Assembly: GCA_905178155.1 (NCBI GenBank)
Contig: CAJINV010000006.1
Coordinates: forward strand, 4,113,709 to 4,177,708
DNA: 64,000 nt
Direction: 5' to 3'
DNA from: Amoebophrya sp. A120
Taxonomy: Eukaryota > Protista > Dinoflagellata
This document shows, piece by piece, positions 12,327-24,017 of this stretch. Both the position numbers and the translations under genes were made by a program. Every line of letters begins with the position of its first letter. Position 1 is the first letter of the stretch. Below the pieces are notes generated by a model. It saw nothing but the letters and a program-made list of their open reading frames with translations. It did not search any database and was not told the origin of the DNA.

Positions 12327-15300
12327 TCATGTAACTCTATCAAGTGCAAAAGTGTCTGGGTCTGGAAGATTGCCAGGTTTGTCATGCATATTTTTTTTTT
12401 TTTTTTTATTGGCTCGCAAATTTTTCAGTTTCAGTTCAGTTTCAGTGGAGCGCCCCACCGGTCGAACACTTCTGATGGTGAACGAGGACCTGGGATTTGC
12501 GGCTTCGCGCCGCGACGACTTGATGGGGGTCCCGCACCCACCCTCCGTTTCCAAAAATGCAGCTTGTGCGTGAATGCTGCAAAACCTCCGACACCGCGGC
12601 ACTAAAAAGGAGCAAGCTCCTTATTCACCATACACAAACCCAAAGAAGGAAATCATCGGGAAGAGATTTTGTCGACCACAATCAATGACACCAATGGCAA
12701 CTACAACCCGAAGTAGGGGAGGGGTAGCTACTCCCGCACAACGCGCGAGATTCGTTTTCTACGTGTCGAGCCGGTAGCAGCGGCACACGTCCGATAAAGC
12801 TTTTTCCACGTCGACGAAGAGCTTGCTTTTTTTTTGCTGAATCGGAAAACCCTAAGCCCGTAAACCCATCTAATTACAACGGGAGGAAGCAGCCCCGGTC
12901 TTTTCACGAAGTTCGTAAAACGGTCAAAAATGATTAAGCTAGTGCGCTACGCTACTGACTGTGTGCACGCTTCAGAAAACTTAAGCCCACACAGGTCCGC
13001 ATTTAGCTACCGCCCGCCCTGAATGAGGCACGTCCTAACCCCGGTAGCAGCGAGGCAGATCTTGTTTTTTGAAAATTACACCGGGCGTTTGCAGAGTGGC
13101 GATAGCCGCAGATGCAAGCCTGCGGCTGTTAAGACGGTTGTAAAAAACTAGCGTACTTGTTTTTGCAAAGCTAATAGCACCCCCCAAGCAACAATCCGCT
13201 GGCTAGGCGGAAAAAAAAAGAGAAGCCCCTGCGAGGATGCGGGGTCCGCGGAACGCCTAGCGCTACAAGACGTGGATCAAGCAAGACTAAGTGCGAAGGC
13301 CACAAGACTGTAAAAGGGTAGAGACCTACATATACGTGGGACAACACCGGGCACAGGGAAGATCTAATTTTTCAAAGGCGAAGGAGCGCACGAATTTGCG
13401 ATCTAGCTCCTTGGACAAAACGAACGAAGAGCGGCAAAGACAAAGTGCTGAATAACGACTACAAGGCGGCAGGAAACATACAAAGCATACATAGCAGCAG
13501 CAAGCAAATCGGATTCACATTGCTGTGCACCGGCAGAAACTTCAATCACAACGAAACCCAGCCCCTCAGCCGCGAGGCCTTAAACTTATGCGAGGCCCAG
13601 CATATAAATTCATCATTTTTTTTAAGCTAGGAGCCGGCGTGCGTTACTTACTTACTTTTCATCATTCACTATTTAATTTTTTGCGCGAGCGGGTGCGATC
13701 TCTGAAATGTGAAGAGTGTAGCACAATTCACATACCAGGTTACGCGGGTATACGGCATTTTTTCCCGATTTGTACCTTTTCGGCTCTCGTCCTCTGGTCC
13801 TGCACTTCGTTGTCGATTCCTGTTTAGTTCCCTCACCCACTCTGCTGGCAAGACAGAAAAAAAAAACGTAGCCCCTGTCAGATTAATTAAGCAGGAAGAA
13901 GCCCACACAAAAAATTCCCTCATCTACCTAGGGGCGACTAGGCAGATGGGGTGCGCCGAAGCAGGAAGGGGATGTTTCTAGTTGCAATGAGTTTACTCGG
14001 GAAAAGCATGAGGGTATTTTGGCGGGGTCCGCTAAAAATATCGCAAAAGCGGCAATTGCAATAAAATCAGCTCTACTTCTACTCGACGGCAAGCTAGTAA
14101 GGGGCACAGCATAGACTAGAAAAACTACTGGATCTTTCACGATACGGATCCCGCCCCGCAATGCGTGGGTCCTTTTGCTTGTACGATACGGATCTTCATG
14201 ATCTTTCTCTTTCTTTATAGGTCAGCATTGCAACAGGGGCCACTCTCCCCTGTGCATGCTACCTTTTTATCTATCAGTGCTCCCCAACTTACATCCCGCC
14301 GGGTGAGGCGATTTGTATTGCTAGATTCCACCCAACTTGACTACGGGGTCGTGGGGACGTTTTTGCTTAGGATATGCGCTCTGTCATCTTCACCCCCACC
14401 GCAACAGGAATCCTCGACAATGTCCTGGACGATTTGCTGTTGTTGTTTCTCCACCTGCTGCCGCGCAGCGGCCGCCGATGAAGCAGCAGCTGCAACTTGA
14501 AGGGTCGTTGCAGCTGGTGTGCCCGCTTCTACGTGCTGGTCCGCAACTACGTCTTCTTGAAATGCTGATGCTGCGCCTCCAGGAGAGGCAACATGATCCT
14601 CGTCATGATCTTCCATGATCTTGTTTACAGGAATAACTTCTTCTTGCACGAACTTCTGGGCAACTGGTGTCCTTCCTTTACTGTGAAGAGCAGCATGTTG
14701 ACCCCCGGCACCGCCTCCACCCGTAGTCAAGCTGGTGATGGCAATCTTCCGCCTCTTGGTCGCACTTTGTCCTTCTCGCTTCTCCTTGTTGCGGCTTTTC
14801 TGTGCCGTGAAAGACAGGGCGTTCGCGAAGATTGTGATTTTGCCATGGTCTTCTTGGCCGTTGATATTAATACAACTACTTCCTAGAAATAGAAAGCGAC
14901 AGTAGAAAGAACAGCCTGAAAAAGACAATACCAAGAAGGTCAACATCTTTTCCAACAAATTGAAGTTTTTAATACTCGCTCCCCGCCGCGCGGCCAGGTT
15001 CATGACCAACAAGTCCGGCGGGAAACGAAGAAAGAAGAATTTCTTGTGGACAAACAGCGACATCAATTTGTTCTGATTTTTCGAGGGGTCGTGGTAAGAA
15101 CAACCTTAACCTTTCGGGAACAAGATGGCGCTTGAGCCAAAATGGTTTGTCATGCATATTTTGCACAAGTAATCTGTGATGCTAGGTCATGCATTACAAG
15201 TAATGCATGACCTAGCACCGCAGATTTTTAAAGGGCCTTCTGATGCGTATTCCGAATGAGAAACGCCCGCTCCGCGTAGCACAAACTGAACTCCTGTTGC

Positions 15301-18300
15301 TGGTCATGCAATACAGATTTTTTTTACCTTCCAATCACAAGTTGCAACGTTCCAGACCCAGACATTTGTGCATTTGGTAAACTCGACGGAGAGCTCTCGC
15401 CGCGCCACTTTCCCCCTTTGCACCGGGGTACGCGGCACCGGGGTACGCGGCACCGGGGTACGCGGCACCGGGGTACGCGGCACCGGGGTACGCGGCACCG
15501 GGCGGGCCCCCCTTGTTTCCTTTCGGCCCAGCATGGGGACCTCCTCCTCCTGGGCTAGTACTAGCGCTCTTCCCCCAGGCGGCCGCTGGTGCGCTCGGGG
15601 AGGTCGGACGGCCCGCTTTGTTCCACGAACCGCTTTGTGGCGCAGCCGCAGCCCCCTTGCTGCTCCAATGGCCATACGAGCCGCCGCCCTTTCGCGGGCC
15701 CGCCCACGAGGAGCCTTTTCCCGCCTGCGACCAGGACGACTGCGCCCAGCCTCCGCCGGCATATCGTAAGGAAAAATCCCCCCTCCCCATACTGAACAGG
15801 TACGCTTACGGAGATTTGTGTTGCTGATTTGAGGGCACAAATCGCATTTGTCTTGCAAGAAGGCAACTCCACAGGTTCCGCCGCATTATGCAGGCGGTTT
15901 ATCATGCTGTTGGGCCTACAGCACGGACGTTTTTCATGCTAAGCGACTAGGCCAAAGCCTCTCTACTCTGGCTTGCTATGGGTCTGCAGTCCTCTCCAGC
16001 AAGACAAAGCTGATTTGTGTACGCAAATCCAGCATCAGAAGCATCGTTTTGATATGGGGAGGGGGGATTTTTTCTTTTGATACGGCACGGCCAGACTTCA
16101 CGTACGATCCCCCGAAGAAGGCGAGCACGACCACGACGATCACGAGCACCGCCACCCACCACGCGTTGTCCTCGTCCACGTAGACGGTTCCGTCGTCAGT
16201 GGCTGCTGGTGCAACCACCGCCGGTTCCGTGGTGGTGCTCGTCGTGGACGACGACGTCGATGCCGGGTTCGCGCTCTCGACTTCCCGCGGTGGAGCCACC
16301 CGAGTCGGGAGGGAGGTCACGCTCGCCGCCGCGACCTCGGTATTGCGAAAGGTGTTACTGCTGTCCGCGGCAAACGCGTCGCTTAAAGCCTCCGCCACGC
16401 CGGCGGCAGTTAACTGATTCTCGAAGCGCTCCAAGGCCGCTTCCAACTCTGCCGTCGAGGAAGCCACTCCGTCCTCAAGGTACAGGCCGTACGACGAAAT
16501 GCGCACTGCGTAGGACGACGACGCACTGGCCGCAGAAAGCCCACGATCTGCGTGGAGCAGGTTCCTCGATCGGCTGCGCGTCCGCGACGAATCGGACGCC
16601 GGAAATGTTTGAACCACCTCGGACTGGCTGCCCGTGATCTTGACCAAGTTGGCTTGCTGCATCAGGAACGCCGTTGGAACGCCGGCGTCAGTAAGCCACG
16701 GCACCACGACCTCCGGCTGTTTGTGCAGGGTGCGAACCCCGTTCTCAACGAGCCGGAAAAACGTTGCTGCGGTGGCCTCGTTGGTGCCGACTTCGTCCAT
16801 GAGGGTCGCGAATCTCTCTGGAGACAAAGTAGATGACATATGCATTGCAAAGATCCCTGGATGTCTGGAAACTTGTGACGCAAGGAAGGGAATAGTAAGC
16901 TCACCACAATGCGCTGCCAGGCATGACAAGCTTTTTCATGCAGCTTCTGAGTTGCGCATTCCGCACGAGAAACGGCGTCTTTGCATGACAGGGACGAGGA
17001 GATCTTCGCGGCCATGCAATACAGAGCTCAGAGCCATGCCAGACTAGCACGACAAATCTCGCGATCTCCCAGAAGACCCAGACATCTTTGCAGTTGATAT
17101 GACAGGGCGACATACAAGTTCTGCATCCGTGCGCGCAGATCCTCACTGGCTCCCTCTTCGGCCGTGACGCAGCAATGCTCGGCAGAGTCGCAAGCACTGC
17201 CGTCCGCGGGACACAACTTCCACTGCGCGAACCCCCGGATTTTTATACCGGCTCCCGCACTACTCTCTGCAGCTTCCCGGCAAGCTTCCCGGACAGAGGA
17301 GTCCGCGTCTGCCTCTTCGCACGTCGACTGGCAGCACTCTGCTTTGGTGCACGCTTCGGCATCTGCACACATTTGTGAGCCGAGAAGAGCGGCCTGCGTA
17401 GGGCAACCGTCATGGAACCCGCTACCGCAGCTGCCGATGAGCTGGCAGCAAGTGGCCGCGTCAGCAGCGACTGTGCAACTCGTACCGGCGCAGCGTGCGG
17501 AGGCATCCGGTGTCAAGGCCTTGCCAACTGGACAACTCAGCTGGCCGCTGGCGCCGCCAAATGCCGCAGCGCACAGCTGTTTTGGGGAACAGGCTGGGCT
17601 GTCGCTTTCCGCACCGATCAGAACGAAGTTTGGATGGCACTCACGGCACCCAGAAAGGCCGTCTCCCTTGCAAATCTCGCCGCTTGACGCACCGGTGACA
17701 AGCGGATCTCCATTCGTGCAGGTGCACACATTGGGGTAGCACTTCTTTTGCTGCCCTTCCAGAGAGTGCTCCCCGGTCGCACACTGAACCGCCGGAGGGG
17801 CATACACTTCGATTTCGTCAACATAACGGATCGTGCGGAGCTTAGCCGGATTTGTTTCGAGGACGCCATCAGTATCCTTGGTCTCCTGTTCCTCGGCCTC
17901 CTTTTGCGTAACGCCGGGGAACTCCACGATTACGTAGTTTGCTTCCTTTCCCTGGTTGTGATGCAATGCAAATACCCCTTTTTCAGGTCCCGGTAGGCTG
18001 TCCGAGTTTGTCATGCTCATGCCAAATCTGAATCGTACCGCATCAAAAGGTGCCCACTTCCTACCACTCAACAGGTAAACTTCTCATACGGAGTGGGCGT
18101 TGAGATAAGAAGCTCTTTCAAAATTTCTGATGCTTCTGGGTGCACTGAATAATGCCAACTTTGTACAATATATATCGTAAAGGTAAAGAACCACGAGACG
18201 CGTGACAAGTCTTCCAGTCTTCCAGGCGAACAAGATTATTTGCACTGGATAGCAGTCGACGTCGACATAAAACATTTCCCGGCTGCACAGCCACCATGCG

Positions 18301-19311
18301 GCTCCATATGCCTTGAACGTTGAGGACTGAATATCACAAGGAAAGACCCCCCCTCCCCATCTCAAAAGGAAGTTTCTGATGCTGGGCTTGCGTATATAAA
18401 TCAGGGCTGTCTTGCAGTAGAGGGCTGCAGGCTCCTGCCGAGCCTGAGTAGAGAGGTTCTGGCCTAGGCGCTTAACATGGGAAACGTCTATGCTGTAGGC
18501 CCAACAGCATCACAAACCGCCTGCATAATGCGGCAGAGTCTGCGGCGTTGTCTTCTTGCAAGACAGACGTGATCCGTGGTCTCAAATCAGCAACGCAAAT
18601 TTTCGGAAACATACCTTTTCGATATGGGGAGGGGGGATTTTTCCTCTCAATACTGAACGGGGTGCACCGGATCAAAATACTTTGCCAAGAAGCCGCCTTT
18701 ATCAAATGCAAAAATGTCTGGGTCTGGAAGATTCTAAACTTGTGATGCTGTCTCTGGATTCGAAAAAAATTTGTATATGTATGACCAGTAAGAGGAGTAG
18801 ATTTTGTGCTCCGCGGAGATGGCATTTGTCATGCGGAATAGGCATGAGGAGGCGCTCTAAACATCTGTGATGCTAGGCCATGCATCAAAGGCATTATGGA
18901 TCATGCAAAATATGCATGGCAAATCTTGCAATCTCCCAGACCCAGACATTTTTGCATTTGATAGTCTTCTGTTTGGCCCGTCTCCGACAGGTCGCGAGTG
19001 CCCACGAAGGCCGCTTGCGCTTTGTGCCGTGCTTTCGCGTGATCGTATAGTGGCTTAAAAAGGTCGCCCATTTTGACGCCCCCGGATCCGGAAGCGGCGC
19101 TCTTAATATGCATTGCCAAAATAAGAAACAGCGACCAGCCCTTTATTGAAAGCGCGAAAGCGGCGACGCCCGGAACGTCAGCACTACACGTGTGCTGCGA
19201 AAGCTGCAAAACCAAGCCAAGAAAACAGGCTGGCGACCACTGAAAAGGTTTCGCGTTTTGGCTAGAATTTATTGAACGCTTTGCAGTATACATGTTGCAG
19301 ATCTTCATCAT
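12327..19311 (-). CDS. Type I membrane protein: lectin/discoidin-like and Cys-rich ectodomain, TM helix, G/A/Y/P-rich tail
   Basis: Six introner excisions join the exons in one frame: ...VDCQGKEANYVIVEFPG...EIEVY, Cys-rich repeats, WWVAVLVIVVVVLAFFGG, (GAAYP)5, ...RRVT stop at 12327. Start position uncertain. Confidence 0.72.
14290..14374. mobile_element. Solo right end of a family C introner
   Basis: ...GTGGGGACGTTTTTGCTTAGGATA; no partner end found; left limit approximate. Confidence 0.65.
15131..15145 (-). other. Relic dinoflagellate spliced leader (3' 15 nt)
   Basis: Minus strand reads CCATTTTGGCTCAAG, the exact 3' part of dinoSL DCCGTAGCCATTTTGGCTCAAG. Confidence 0.9.
15421..15502 (-). 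repeat. 15-bp coding minisatellite (GAAYP x5)
   Basis: CACCGGGGTACGCGG repeated 5 times. Confidence 0.95.
15762..16082. mobile_element. TIR introner, family B
   Basis: TSD CGGCA; excision in frame. Confidence 0.92.
16839..17099. mobile_element. TIR introner, family A
   Basis: TSD TGACA; excision in frame. Confidence 0.9.
17960..18251. mobile_element. Degenerate TIR introner
   Basis: 12/15 terminal IR; TSD GTTGT/GCAGT; excision gives in-frame VDCQGKEANY. Confidence 0.6.
18332..18652. mobile_element. TIR introner, family B
   Basis: TSD CTGAA; excision in frame. Confidence 0.92.
18700..18963. mobile_element. TIR introner, family A
   Basis: TSD GCCTT/GTCTT; excision in frame. Confidence 0.9.
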
Positions 19312-19370
19312 GCGCGCCGACTACTTCCGTTGTCCCGTTTTCGCCATCGCAAAAAGCTGGTAGCTGTTTG

Positions 19371-22369
19371 TTATAATTTTGCCCATGAATAATCGACAGG
19401 CATTGACTGAATTGCGATTCCTTCAGGGTCTGCTGCTGTTCCGGGAAGGGTTACAATGCCGCAGACTTTTTCATCGTCCCCGACGTCTGGATCCGGACAG
19501 GTTTCATAGCTTCGCTCCCCGTTTTTTTCCGTTGACATCCTCGCCCGCTGAGTATCAAAAGGGAAAATCCCCCCTCCCCATACATTTTCCGAGGGAAATC
19601 TGTGCTCATGCGCGATTCGTGTACAGGAGTCGGCTTTGCCTTGTAGCGAGAGACAGCAGGCCGCAGGTGGTCCTACGCCTGCATAGAAGTGCCTGGCATA
19701 GGTGCTTCGTTGTTACTTAGCATGGCAGTGGCCTGCCCTGTGCGCACCCGCACAAGAACAGCTGCAGATATATAATGGCGGATCAGCTGCGTAAAAATGC
19801 GGCGGGCTCTCTGGATTTGCTCTCTTGCAGGACACCAGACGCGGTCTGTGAAGATTACAAATCAGCAGCACAGATTTTCAGAGGCACGCATGTCTTTTCG
19901 ATACGGGTAGGGGGATTTCGCCTCATGATACGGAGCGTTTGCGACCTTGACCCGAAGCCCGCCCTTCTCGAACAAAGACGTCAAATGGTCCAGTTTTGGC
20001 CTCAAGTCCTGTTCGTTTGTATACGTAGATGGCGTGCCCCACCCGGGCACCCAATCCCCACCCGTGAACCATATCAAAATGAAAGAACCCCCTCCCCATT
20101 AGATCAAGAGCGAAGACTTCTCTTGCTGGATTTGCGTACACAAATAGGCTCTGTCTTGCAGCAGAGGACTGCAGTCAGATACAGATCCTCGGCCTGTTTA
20201 GGAGAGTAAGTGTCTGACAAGCCATATGCCAAAGGCCAAACGCCTTCCCCGGATGCCATACAGCATGAGAAGTTCCTTTCGTAAAGCGGCGCGGCAGCCC
20301 TCTGCGCTTGCCTTTTTGCACGACAAAGGTCACTTGTCCTCACATATCAGCATGGTCACAGATCTCGCTTTTGAGCATAAATAGGGGAAGGAGGGATCTT
20401 TCCTTGCGATAAGCCAGACCCGCACTTTTCCAACTGACACGGGAGAGGACTGTGGCGAGGGCACCAGCTGCATTTGGTACCAGGGACACGCCTATCAAAT
20501 GCAAAAATGTCTGGGTCTGCAAGATTCTGAGACTTGTCGTTGTCATGCACGGTTTGCATGAGCCATGATGTCTGTGATGCATGCTCTAGCGTCACAGGTT
20601 TTTTGCAGGATTCTTGATGCCTATTCCGCATGAAAAATGCCCTTTCCGCGTAGCAAAATCAAAAATTAGAATCCTTTATGCTTCTCATGCAACACAAATT
20701 TTTTAGACATCCAAATGCAGCATCACAGGTTGCATTCTTCCAGACCCAGACATTTTTGCATTTGATAACGCCGAGGTCGCGTGCTCCAGCCCGTTGAATA
20801 TCGCCAGGAAAAACTGTTTCACTGTAAACTTGTGATGCAGAAATTGGAACACAGAACTACTTATTTGTCTTGCTACACGACCTGCAAGACCTTGGATCAT
20901 TTCCAAGCGTGTTTTATCCCCTTGGGACGTGCGCATGGCAAGTTTTCGTTGTCATGTTTGTAGAGCGAACTTGTGATGCGAAACTCGCAAAATCGTTACA
21001 GTGGAACACTTTATTTTTCCCGTGATATTGAACGTAGTCTGGCTGCTGGTTCCATCGTAACCATCCCCCCACTATGGATTGCAAAAGTGTCTGAGTATGG
21101 AAGAGTGCCAGACTTGTCATGCAGGTTTTCCATGACCCGTGAGGTCTGGTATGAAGGACATAGCATGACAGATTCTGTGGCAGAAGTTCTATCATGCCTA
21201 TCCTGCATGAGAAACTGCCTCTCGATTAGGTCAAAAGTGGACAGCTTTTGGTAAACATGCAACACAGATTTTTACATGATTCAGATTTAGCATGACAAGA
21301 CTGCACTCTTCCAGACCCAGACATTTTTGCATTTGATACCCACCGACCCAGCAGACCATCGTAAAGCTGCGGGTAGTCAGGGCCCGGTTGTATCCTGAGT
21401 AAAAACGTCCCCACCCCAGAGTCAAGATGGGGATTTTGCAACACAAACCTGGAAGTCTTGGGACTCATGCATCACAAGTTGCAGTCCGTAGTGTAGTGCA
21501 GGCTAGCACAGGCAAACGCATCAGAAACCCATCTGCTTATCCTGGTTACAGCATTACAAATGCCAAAACACGACTAGAAATTCAAATTCCTCTCATGGAG
21601 ATGCCCATTACCAATGTTCCTGTCGTTGCAAATCTGCATGACAACTCTGGGGTGGGGACGTTTTTACAAATGATAGGTTGTGCGCTTTGCACAGCGACAG
21701 CGTGCGCGGTCGCTCCGTACACCTGCAGTTTTCCCGCGCCGGGAGTCGTCGTGATAAGTCGCGACGTAGGGCCTACGCGTACAACAACATCCTGACAAGC
21801 GTCGTCATCAGGATCTGCTATCTCACATGTTCGCTCCTATCAAAATGAAAAATCCCCCCGCCCCATCTTGAAAAGGAAATTTCTGTTGCTGCATTTGTGT
21901 ACACAAATCAGCTCTGTCCTGCAGTGACGTACTGCAGGCAAAGCCTCAGCCTTCGTAGGGGTGTTTTGGTGTAGGTGCGTAGCAACGCAGAGGCCTGCCG
22001 TGTAGACGTAGCAGCATTACAAACCGCCTGCATAAAAAAGCAGCATTACAAACCGCCTGCACTCTTTGGATTTGCCCTCTTGCAAGAGAAAGAGGATTTG
22101 TGGTCGCTTTTAGAAGCATTCCGTTCCCTTTTAGTATGGGGAGGGGGGATTTTTCCTCACAGTAGCTCCTCCTGCATGTTCAAGTCGTAGGCTCCGTAGA
22201 AGTCGAAGGCGGCGTTTCGCTCACTCTCTAATATGTCGCTCCCATCCGCTTTTTTGCGGTCCTGTTTTCCGTACCATGGTGGACAGGTTGTGGTTACTGT
22301 CGCCTTCACCGGTAAAACAGCTGTGCCCGTGACGAGACACAGCAACCGCAGGACGCGCCCGGTGATCAT
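19371..22369 (-). CDS. Putative secreted protein with a discoidin/F5-8-like segment
   Basis: Signal-like MITGRVLRLLCLVTGTAVLPVKA. Seven introner excisions give one frame ...PQLYDGLLGRWGDGYDG...ACPWYQMQLVPSPQSSPVSVGKVRVWFTGGDW...YSWAKL, stop at 19371. The ORF may extend upstream to 22609. Confidence 0.72.
19553..19930. mobile_element. TIR introner, family B (diverged)
   Basis: TSD CTGAG/CGGAG; excision in frame. Confidence 0.85.
20072..20411. mobile_element. TIR introner, family B (diverged)
   Basis: TSD AACCA/AGCCA; excision in frame. Confidence 0.85.
20493..20767. mobile_element. TIR introner, family A
   Basis: TSD ACGCC; excision in frame. Confidence 0.92.
20799..21027. mobile_element. 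TIR introner, family D-like
   Basis: TATC..AAAACTGTTTCACTGTAA / TTACAGTGGAACAC..GATA; TSD TTGAA; excision in frame. Confidence 0.85.
21073..21338. mobile_element. TIR introner, family A
   Basis: TSD CCCAC; excision in frame. Confidence 0.92.
21391..21675. mobile_element. TIR introner, family C
   Basis: TATC..GTAAAAACGTCCCCACCCCAGAGT TIR; TSD GGTTG; excision in frame. Confidence 0.92.
21838..22164. mobile_element. TIR introner, family B
   Basis: TSD GCTCC; excision in frame. Confidence 0.9.
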
Positions 22370-22739
22370 GTCCAGCCACATACTCTGCTTACTCGGAAAA
22401 ATTAGCAGGAGCTGACAGAAATTTATAATTTCTTTTTCAATACGAACCACGATCATAAAATTGCGAAACGTCTTCACATAGTAGACCAGCAGTTCAGATC
22501 GGAGGTCGTGTAAGAGGTGATCCAGGTTCATCCGATCTTTGTTTCGTTCATCGCGGAAAAAGTTCACTTTTTGTTTGACATCGAGATGGAGATCGGCTTC
22601 GAAGAACATGAAAAAATAAACAAAAAAAAATGTATACCTCTCGGCCTAGTCCACCGTGGTGAAGATTGTCTCCAGCGAACAAGGAAGAGTCAGCTTGCGC
22701 TTAGCCTCAAGGATCAGGACAGGCGGAATTGGAGCAGAG

Positions 22740-23011
22740 TATGCATTTTGCAAAAATGTTTGGGTCTGGAAGAGTAAAAGGTTGTGTTGCTCTACTTGCA
22801 TGTTGACTCCCAAATCTGTCATGCAGGATACAACCCAAAAGCTCCGATTTTCTGTCATTCAAAAACTACGCAGTTTGTCAACATGCTGAATAGACAACAC
22901 CTTGCAAGAACTCAGAAACTTGTCATGCTGCGCCGTCATTTGTGGCGTCTTCACGCTTCGCCGGCCAGCATCACAAGTTCTTTCCAGACCCAGACATATT
23001 TGCATTTGATA
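22740..23011. mobile_element. TIR element, family A
   Basis: TSD CAGAG; host frame unresolved. Confidence 0.9.
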
Positions 23012-24017
23012 CAGAGCTAATCGAGAGACAGTGAAGTTGTAGACAAGGACGACACTGACACTGCTGCTGCTTTTCTTCGACTACACAAAAATGAAACGAG
23101 AAGGGGAAATAAGTGTTCTACTTCGTGCAGTTCTGGGTATTATTAACTTAACAAAAGGTCCTGAAATAAGAAAGTGGTCCGGAAAGGTAGTGAATAAAGG
23201 TTGTTTATTATTATCCTACGGTGCAAATAATCGCAACTGCGGATTTTTCCAACATTTCTCAATAAAGGGGTGGTAACTAGAAAATGGAGGACGAAGTCGT
23301 GGACGATGAAGTTGCTGTTTCATAGCGAAAGGACGAGGATGGAAGAACGAACAACTTTTCTTTGAATATTCATTTTGAACGAAACGTAAACCGACAACGA
23401 CACTACGGTACAAATCTCGAGTACTATCATGTCGAATGATATTATTCGACATCATGCAACTGCACGAAAAACGTTCAACATCTCCTCGTCGTTTTTAACT
23501 GGGATTTCTATTTATTGTTGACCGATCATCAAACAACTTTCTCTTTTTCGACGACCACGCACGAGGAAATAAATAATAACCCGCGGCTGCGCTAGTTGTT
23601 GCGTAACAAGACGACGACCTTACAAAATAAATTCACACGAGCTCCGATTGGTCGCGAACAACAGCAGGGCGACCTTTGGAAGTTGTTGTATATTCAAAAG
23701 GAACATCTTGCGGGTGGTCGCACCCCTTTCTTGCTCGCATTTATTTTGCCAAAAATCTCTTTTCTACAGATCAAGAGAATGTTGAGATTCGTTTTGAAGA
23801 TTCCTACGCAAAGTCCTCGAAATAAATCTCAAACAAAGTTCGGCACCTCCGCAGAATCTGTCGATAAAACGAAGTACTAGTTTATCGCTTTGTCAAAATG
23901 TTGAGCAAATAAATGGTAGCTCACCAGCACTGCAAATTTCTGTATTCTAATGCTATTAACGCACAAGTTGTCAGGCTAGTAAATGCAAGACTGCTGTAGA
24001 TGTCCTAGAAGAACCCT

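Larger units (their letters stand above)
12391..15145 (-). pseudogene. Retroposed transcript (relic spliced leader, ORF 15063-14375, poly(A))
   Basis: T17 at 12391-12407, relic SL at 15131-15145, flanking duplication GGTTTGTCATGCATA (12376-12390, 15144-15158). Confidence 0.8.
12338..15379. mobile_element. Family A introner expanded to 3 kb by a nested retrocopy
   Basis: Left half 12338-12390, right half 15146-15379; TSD AACTC on both sides. Confidence 0.88.
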
